Origin: Ignisphaera sp.
GTDB taxonomy: Archaea; Thermoproteota; Thermoprotei_A; Sulfolobales; Ignisphaeraceae
Assembly (NCBI GenBank): GCA_038821645.1
Contig: JAWBDT010000016.1
Location: forward strand, 1 to 43,497
Length of the DNA: 43,497 bases
Reading direction: 5' to 3'
Shown here: one piece after another, positions 39,169-43,497 of the stretch
Position numbering within the stretch: position 1 is the first letter of the stretch
Layout of the letters: every line of letters starts with the position of its first letter
Notes under the pieces: generated by a model
Databases searched by the model: none
Told to the model about the DNA's origin: nothing
What the model saw: the letters and a program-made list of their open reading frames with translations, nothing else
Program-made: the position numbers and the translations under genes

Positions 39169-40518
39169 GTGTCCAAGACAGGATCTAGTATGAATGATTC
39201 GACAATTACATCAAGAGAAAGAGTTTTAATTGCGCTTAGACATGAAGAACCAGATAGAGTTCCCATAGATTTTGGATCTACACATGTATCGACAATAAAT
39301 CCTCTAAGTTATAGAGATCTAAGAAAATACCTAGGATTGGTAGAGAAACCAGCTAGAGTTAAAGATGTTGTTGCTCAGCTTACTGAAGTAGATGCAGACA
39401 TCCTACAGATTTTTCACATCGATCTAATAGATGTTAATAGGCATTTGCCGCCAACAACTGGTGAAGACTATTATAGGGATCTCTTCTATCAATGTATGAC
39501 ATGTCTCTACAGAGAGAGCGAGACAGGTAAAGCTGAAATATATGAACATAATTGGAAGCAGTGGACTCATAGATATCTTGGTTTTGTTGAAGAAATACCA
39601 GCATGCATAGATATAGTTGAGGAGGGAGATTCTTTATCTATCTATCTAAATAAGTCGGTTCTACTTGGTAAAGGATCTAAAACTAGCTCTACATTCTCTC
39701 CTCCAGATGCACATGGTGTTAACCCGTTAGCTAATGCTAAGAATGTAGAAGATGTTAAGAACTTTGATTGGGAACTATTTAAGGTTAGCGATAGGTATGT
39801 AGAGTATCTTAAGAAAAAATCTGAGTATCTTTATAAAAATACTAAATATGCATTAGTGTTTTCGTTAGCTGGGCGTATGCACGCATGGGCACAAGGTCTA
39901 AGAGGTTGGACACGATGGCTCTCTGATTTACGTCTTAGAAAAAGTTTAGCTGAAGCTGTTTTAGATCACATAATGGATGTGTTAATGTATAATGTTAAAA
40001 AGTATGTAGAAGCATTTGGAGAATATGTACAGGTTATAGGTTTTGCAGATGATTTAGGAACTGAAGAAGGCCCCCAGATATCAATTCAAACATTTAGAGA
40101 TGTATATAAGCATAGATATGAAGAGATATTCAGTTACATTAAGAGACATTCAAAAATGTATGTATTCCTGCATAGTGATGGGGCGATATTCCCACTTATA
40201 AAAGAGTTCATAGATATTGGTTTAGATATAATAAACCCTATACAATTGTCGGCAAAAGGTATGGACCCTGAAAAACTAAAGAAAGAATATGGTGAGCAGA
40301 TAACGTTCTGGGGAGGAGGGGCAGATGTTCAGCATGTCCTCCCATTTGCTAAAGTTGATGAAGTAGTTCAGCATGTGAAGAACTTGATAAAGATTTTTGC
40401 ACCACGTGGAGGATTCATATTTGCGACAACACATAACATACAACCACCTACACCTCCTGAAAATATAGTCTCAGTATTTAAAACAGCATATGAGAATGGA
40501 AGATATCTAATTAGGTGA
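39169..40518 (+). CDS. UroD/MtaA-CmuA-superfamily methyltransferase-like protein
   Basis: SRERVLIALRHEEPDRVP, FADDLG, FLHSDG, INPIQ, FWGGG and GGFIF..HNIQ; lacks the UroD RQAGR motif; coupled to a corrinoid-protein gene. Confidence 0.8.
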   Translation: MSKTGSSMNDSTITSRERVLIALRHEEPDRVPIDFGSTHVSTINPLSYRDLRKYLGLVEKPARVKDVVAQLTEVDADILQIFHIDLIDVNRHLPPTTGEDYYRDLFYQCMTCLYRESETGKAEIYEHNWKQWTHRYLGFVEEIPACIDIVEEGDSLSIYLNKSVLLGKGSKTSSTFSPPDAHGVNPLANAKNVEDVKNFDWELFKVSDRYVEYLKKKSEYLYKNTKYALVFSLAGRMHAWAQGLRGWTRWLSDLRLRKSLAEAVLDHIMDVLMYNVKKYVEAFGEYVQVIGFADDLGTEEGPQISIQTFRDVYKHRYEEIFSYIKRHSKMYVFLHSDGAIFPLIKEFIDIGLDIINPIQLSAKGMDPEKLKKEYGEQITFWGGGADVQHVLPFAKVDEVVQHVKNLIKIFAPRGGFIFATTHNIQPPTPPENIVSVFKTAYENGRYLIR

Positions 40519-41178
40519 GTGAATATAGCCGAAAATATACTTAATAAAATAAAGAATAGTCTAGCTGAACTTGATTTAGAAGGAACACTAAAGTGGATTG
40601 AAGAAGCTTTAAACAATGGTGTGAATATTATGGATATAATTGAGAAGGGTCTTTCTGAGGGAATGAAAATTGTTGGCGATAAATATGAGAAGGGAGAGTA
40701 TTTTGTAGCTGATATGATTGTGGCTTCAGAAATATTTAATGAAGCTATGAATATGCTAAAACCCATAATTAGTGAATCGAAAAAAGAGATAAAAACGTTA
40801 GGAAGAGTAGTTATAGGAACGGTTTATGGTGATATACACGATATAGGTAAAAACCTGGTTAAAGCTGTTCTAGAAGCAAATGGATTCGAGGTCATAGACC
40901 TAGGCGTAGATGTACCTATTGAGAAATTTGTTGAAGCTGTAAAGGTATATAAACCAAATGTCTTGGGAATGTCGGCTCTATTAACTTCATCAATGGTTCA
41001 TATGAAGGATATCATAGAGGCCCTTGAGAGAGAAGGCTTAAGGGATAGTGTTAAAATAATTGTTGGAGGAGCTCCAGTAACAGAAGAGTTCGCTAAATCT
41101 ATAGGAGCTGATGCTTATGCAGAAAATGCCTTTAAAGCTGCTGAGATATGCAAAAAGCTCGTAACTTCTAAAGTTTGA
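40519..41178 (+). CDS. corrinoid (B12-binding) methyl-carrier protein, MtaC/MtbC-like
   Basis: Cap domain GMKIVGDKYE..YF, then GDIHDIGKNLV (DxHxxG), SALLT and VGGAP. Confidence 0.92.
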   Translation: MNIAENILNKIKNSLAELDLEGTLKWIEEALNNGVNIMDIIEKGLSEGMKIVGDKYEKGEYFVADMIVASEIFNEAMNMLKPIISESKKEIKTLGRVVIGTVYGDIHDIGKNLVKAVLEANGFEVIDLGVDVPIEKFVEAVKVYKPNVLGMSALLTSSMVHMKDIIEALEREGLRDSVKIIVGGAPVTEEFAKSIGADAYAENAFKAAEICKKLVTSKV

Positions 41179-41294
41179 AATATTTTACTTTGTTATCGAC
41201 TTTAAACATTGTCTTATTTACTTAATAGATGTTCTTTGAGATTATTAAAGATTATTTTACTTCTTATTGATAGTTTAAAAATATGTGAAAAATT

Positions 41295-42569
41295 ATGCAG
41301 AACATCATTGAATTAGCAAACAAACTGTATAATGAGATACAAGGTATAGATGTGGTCGACATTCATGAACATTTGAATCCCAGTAGACTTAGTGCAAAGA
41401 GCTTCAATGATATCATATTCTATCATTATATAGTTACAGAGTTGATTTCTGCGGGCATGAATAGAGAAGAATTTGAGAAGCTTTCTCCAATCGATAGGTT
41501 CGTCAAGGCTCTACCCTACTTTAAGTTTATCAGAAATACCACTACGTTTTGGTCATTAAAACAGATACTAAAGGATCTCTATGGGTTAGATATAAATGAA
41601 ATAAATGAAAGTAATTGGAAAAAAGTTGTCGAATCTATAGAGAGCAAACAGCGTGACTATACATGGGTGTATACTGTACTTAGAAAGTTCTGTAGAGTTA
41701 AGAAATCGTTTCTAACATTGAGTCCTTTAGAGCCTATACCGATATATGATAGAGATATCTTTACAGGTGCTTTAAGACTAGATGTTTTAGTGCAAAACAT
41801 GAGTAAGGATGTTATATTGGATCTCGAGAATAGGTATAGCTTAAGTATTGAACGTACCGAAGATCTTGATCATGTCTTGGAGATTATATTCAATAGATTT
41901 GATCAATATATTGTAGCAGTTACGCTACCTATACAGCCTGATGAGATTTTCAGAATAACGCATAGAAACGAAATATCTCTCTATCTTAGGGAATTGAGAT
42001 CCAAAGACATTATTGGTCCTGAAGCTAGATATGCTCTAGCGTCTTACACACTACACAAGATACTTACATTATGTTCGGAGCACAAGAAAGTATTTCAGAT
42101 GATGCTTGGGGTTAAAAGACCTGTTCCCAAGGCTGCGCCACCAGACTACGCTATAATTATGTATAATCCAGAACAGCTATACATACTGACACAAATTTTT
42201 GCAATATATTCTGATGTAAAATTTGATGTATTTATAGCCGATTCTACTCTATCACATCAAGTAACCGTAATCGCTAAGAATTATCCCAATGTTTACCTAA
42301 GTGGATACTGGTGGTATTCAATGTATCCTGAAGTAATGAAGAGTTATCTTCGTTTAAGGTTACAGATGCTACCGTACAATAAGATTGGTGGATTCTTTAG
42401 TGATGCATATGTAATTGAGTGGGTATATGGAAAAGCTTTACTAGCAAAGAAACAGATAGCATATGTTTTAGCGGAAATGATTGCTGAAGGATACATAGAT
42501 AATGATTTAGCTATGGATATAGCTCATGCTCTTCTCCATGAAAATGCTACAAAACTGTATAATGTATAG
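41295..42569 (+). CDS. uxaC: uronate (glucuronate) isomerase-like amidohydrolase-fold protein
   Basis: VVDIHEHL, YHYIVTELISAG, NTT..W, YPNVYLSGYWWY and FFSDA. Confidence 0.75.
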   Translation: MQNIIELANKLYNEIQGIDVVDIHEHLNPSRLSAKSFNDIIFYHYIVTELISAGMNREEFEKLSPIDRFVKALPYFKFIRNTTTFWSLKQILKDLYGLDINEINESNWKKVVESIESKQRDYTWVYTVLRKFCRVKKSFLTLSPLEPIPIYDRDIFTGALRLDVLVQNMSKDVILDLENRYSLSIERTEDLDHVLEIIFNRFDQYIVAVTLPIQPDEIFRITHRNEISLYLRELRSKDIIGPEARYALASYTLHKILTLCSEHKKVFQMMLGVKRPVPKAAPPDYAIIMYNPEQLYILTQIFAIYSDVKFDVFIADSTLSHQVTVIAKNYPNVYLSGYWWYSMYPEVMKSYLRLRLQMLPYNKIGGFFSDAYVIEWVYGKALLAKKQIAYVLAEMIAEGYIDNDLAMDIAHALLHENATKLYNV

Positions 42570-42579
42570 TTGACAATAG

Positions 42580-42596
42580 CTACGTTAATTACGTAG
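42580..42596. other. inverted repeat CTACGT-TAATT-ACGTAG
   Basis: Read directly between the uxaC-like gene and the next gene. Confidence 0.35.
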
Positions 42597-42661
42597 TAAT
42601 CTAATTTACAACCATAATACTTATTTTCCTCAAATAATTGCAATATAGTTTGGTGATGTTA

Positions 42662-43497
42662 GTGCTCTATGGATTTATAAGGAGAAAAGATTTAGAATAT
42701 GTATCAAAATTTCCATGGGATATAGGTATAATATCGTTTATGTTATTTCCAGAGCTGATGAAAAGTTCAGAAAATGCTACAGAAAAGATAAGGCTATTGC
42801 TTGAAGATCCATTCTTTGACTTAATAGAAGTAACAGTAATAGACGATAATGAATGGCTAAAGATAGCTGAAGTAAATAAGTCATATGGTAAAAAATTTGT
42901 GCTTGGATTACAACCTGTAATTCTTTCAAAAGGCCTGAATCCAAATGCATTAAATGATGAAGAGAGAAGAAAGACTATCGAGATTCTTGTTCATGAAGTT
43001 GAAAAAGTTGGTAAACGAGGGTACATAGGTGTAGGTGTATGTTCAGGACCAAATATAGAGGGGCCCGAAAGATCAAAAGCCATCGATGCTCTAGTAAAAT
43101 CATTGATAGAGCTCAGTAACATTGCAAATAAGTATGGTATCAAATTATTCTTAGAAACTTTTGATGTTGTATGGGATAGAAAAAGACTTGCTGGTAGCTT
43201 AGACGAAACTATAAAAGTAATTGAAAAGGTCAGAGAAGTTGTTGATAATGTATACATTATGTGGGATCTCAGTCACGCACCACTTCTTAATGAAGATCCA
43301 GAAATCTTGAAATCCTATCCAGACTACATAGGACATATCCATATAGGATGTGCAAAGAAAATAGATAATAAACTCCTAGATACTCATCCAGGCTTCTACA
43401 GACCAGGTGCTATCAATACTGAAAAAGATGTTGCTAAACTAATATCAGTTCTACACGAAATAGGCTACAAAGGTGCTATAAGTTTTGAGATAAGACC
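42662..43497 (+). CDS. sugar-phosphate isomerase/epimerase (xylose-isomerase-like TIM barrel), 3' end runs off the window
   Basis: Manual translation from GTG 42662 (SD GGTGA 5 nt upstream): LFLETFD, MWDLSH, HIHIG, DTHP and GYKGAISFEIR; no stop in the window. Confidence 0.8.
   Translation, partial: MLYGFIRRKDLEYVSKFPWDIGIISFMLFPELMKSSENATEKIRLLLEDPFFDLIEVTVIDDNEWLKIAEVNKSYGKKFVLGLQPVILSKGLNPNALNDEERRKTIEILVHEVEKVGKRGYIGVGVCSGPNIEGPERSKAIDALVKSLIELSNIANKYGIKLFLETFDVVWDRKRLAGSLDETIKVIEKVREVVDNVYIMWDLSHAPLLNEDPEILKSYPDYIGHIHIGCAKKIDNKLLDTHPGFYRPGAINTEKDVAKLISVLHEIGYKGAISFEIR

Noticed and set aside
40516-40518. Selenocysteine or pyrrolysine decoding at the methyltransferase/corrinoid junction
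   Set aside because: Pyrrolysine uses TAG; no SECIS-like element is seen and the position is a linker, not an active site.
223-43257. Many 60-130 aa ORF-track entries antisense to or nested in real genes (e.g. 223-483, 19431-19757, 38426-38824, 40368-40766, 42991-43257)
   Set aside because: Shadow ORFs of well-supported genes, with no motifs or SD.
1-43497. CRISPR arrays, tRNA/rRNA genes, transposases or integrases
   Set aside because: No regularly spaced repeats, no GC-rich structural RNA tracts and no mobile-element ORFs were seen.

Overview
AT-rich archaeal chromosome segment with Crenarchaeota-style genes, GGTGA Shine-Dalgarno motifs and BRE/TATA promoters; a Desulfurococcales or Ignisphaera-like source is my inference. 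Bases 1-33.5k form an amino-acid biosynthesis super-cluster: hom-thrB, divergent lysYZM and lysWXJK (LysW is missed by the ORF track), a divergently split LIV-type ABC transporter, an ACT-domain protein, argGH-carAB (carA frameshifted), Nudix, an atypical thioredoxin reductase, a complete shikimate operon (split transketolase, chorismate mutase-prephenate dehydrogenase, DAHP synthase, aroBECKAD) and hacAB/leuCD. After it come a decayed Thr-rich surface-protein gene, a radical SAM gene and a candidate sugar-acid catabolic locus: gyaR plus a 719-aa transaldolase-family protein with aldolase-type residues, divergent from a UroD-like methyltransferase, a corrinoid protein, a uronate isomerase and a TIM-barrel isomerase. 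The main leads are (i) this possible B12-dependent O-methyl-uronate pathway, (ii) out-of-frame SD-led mini-ORFs at the start of thrB and of the aro operon, plus a Trp-rich uORF, (iii) a C/D-box sRNA in the aroD 3' end, and (iv) a shared 14-bp palindrome in three divergent biosynthetic promoters. All functional calls come from motif recognition by eye; no searches were run.
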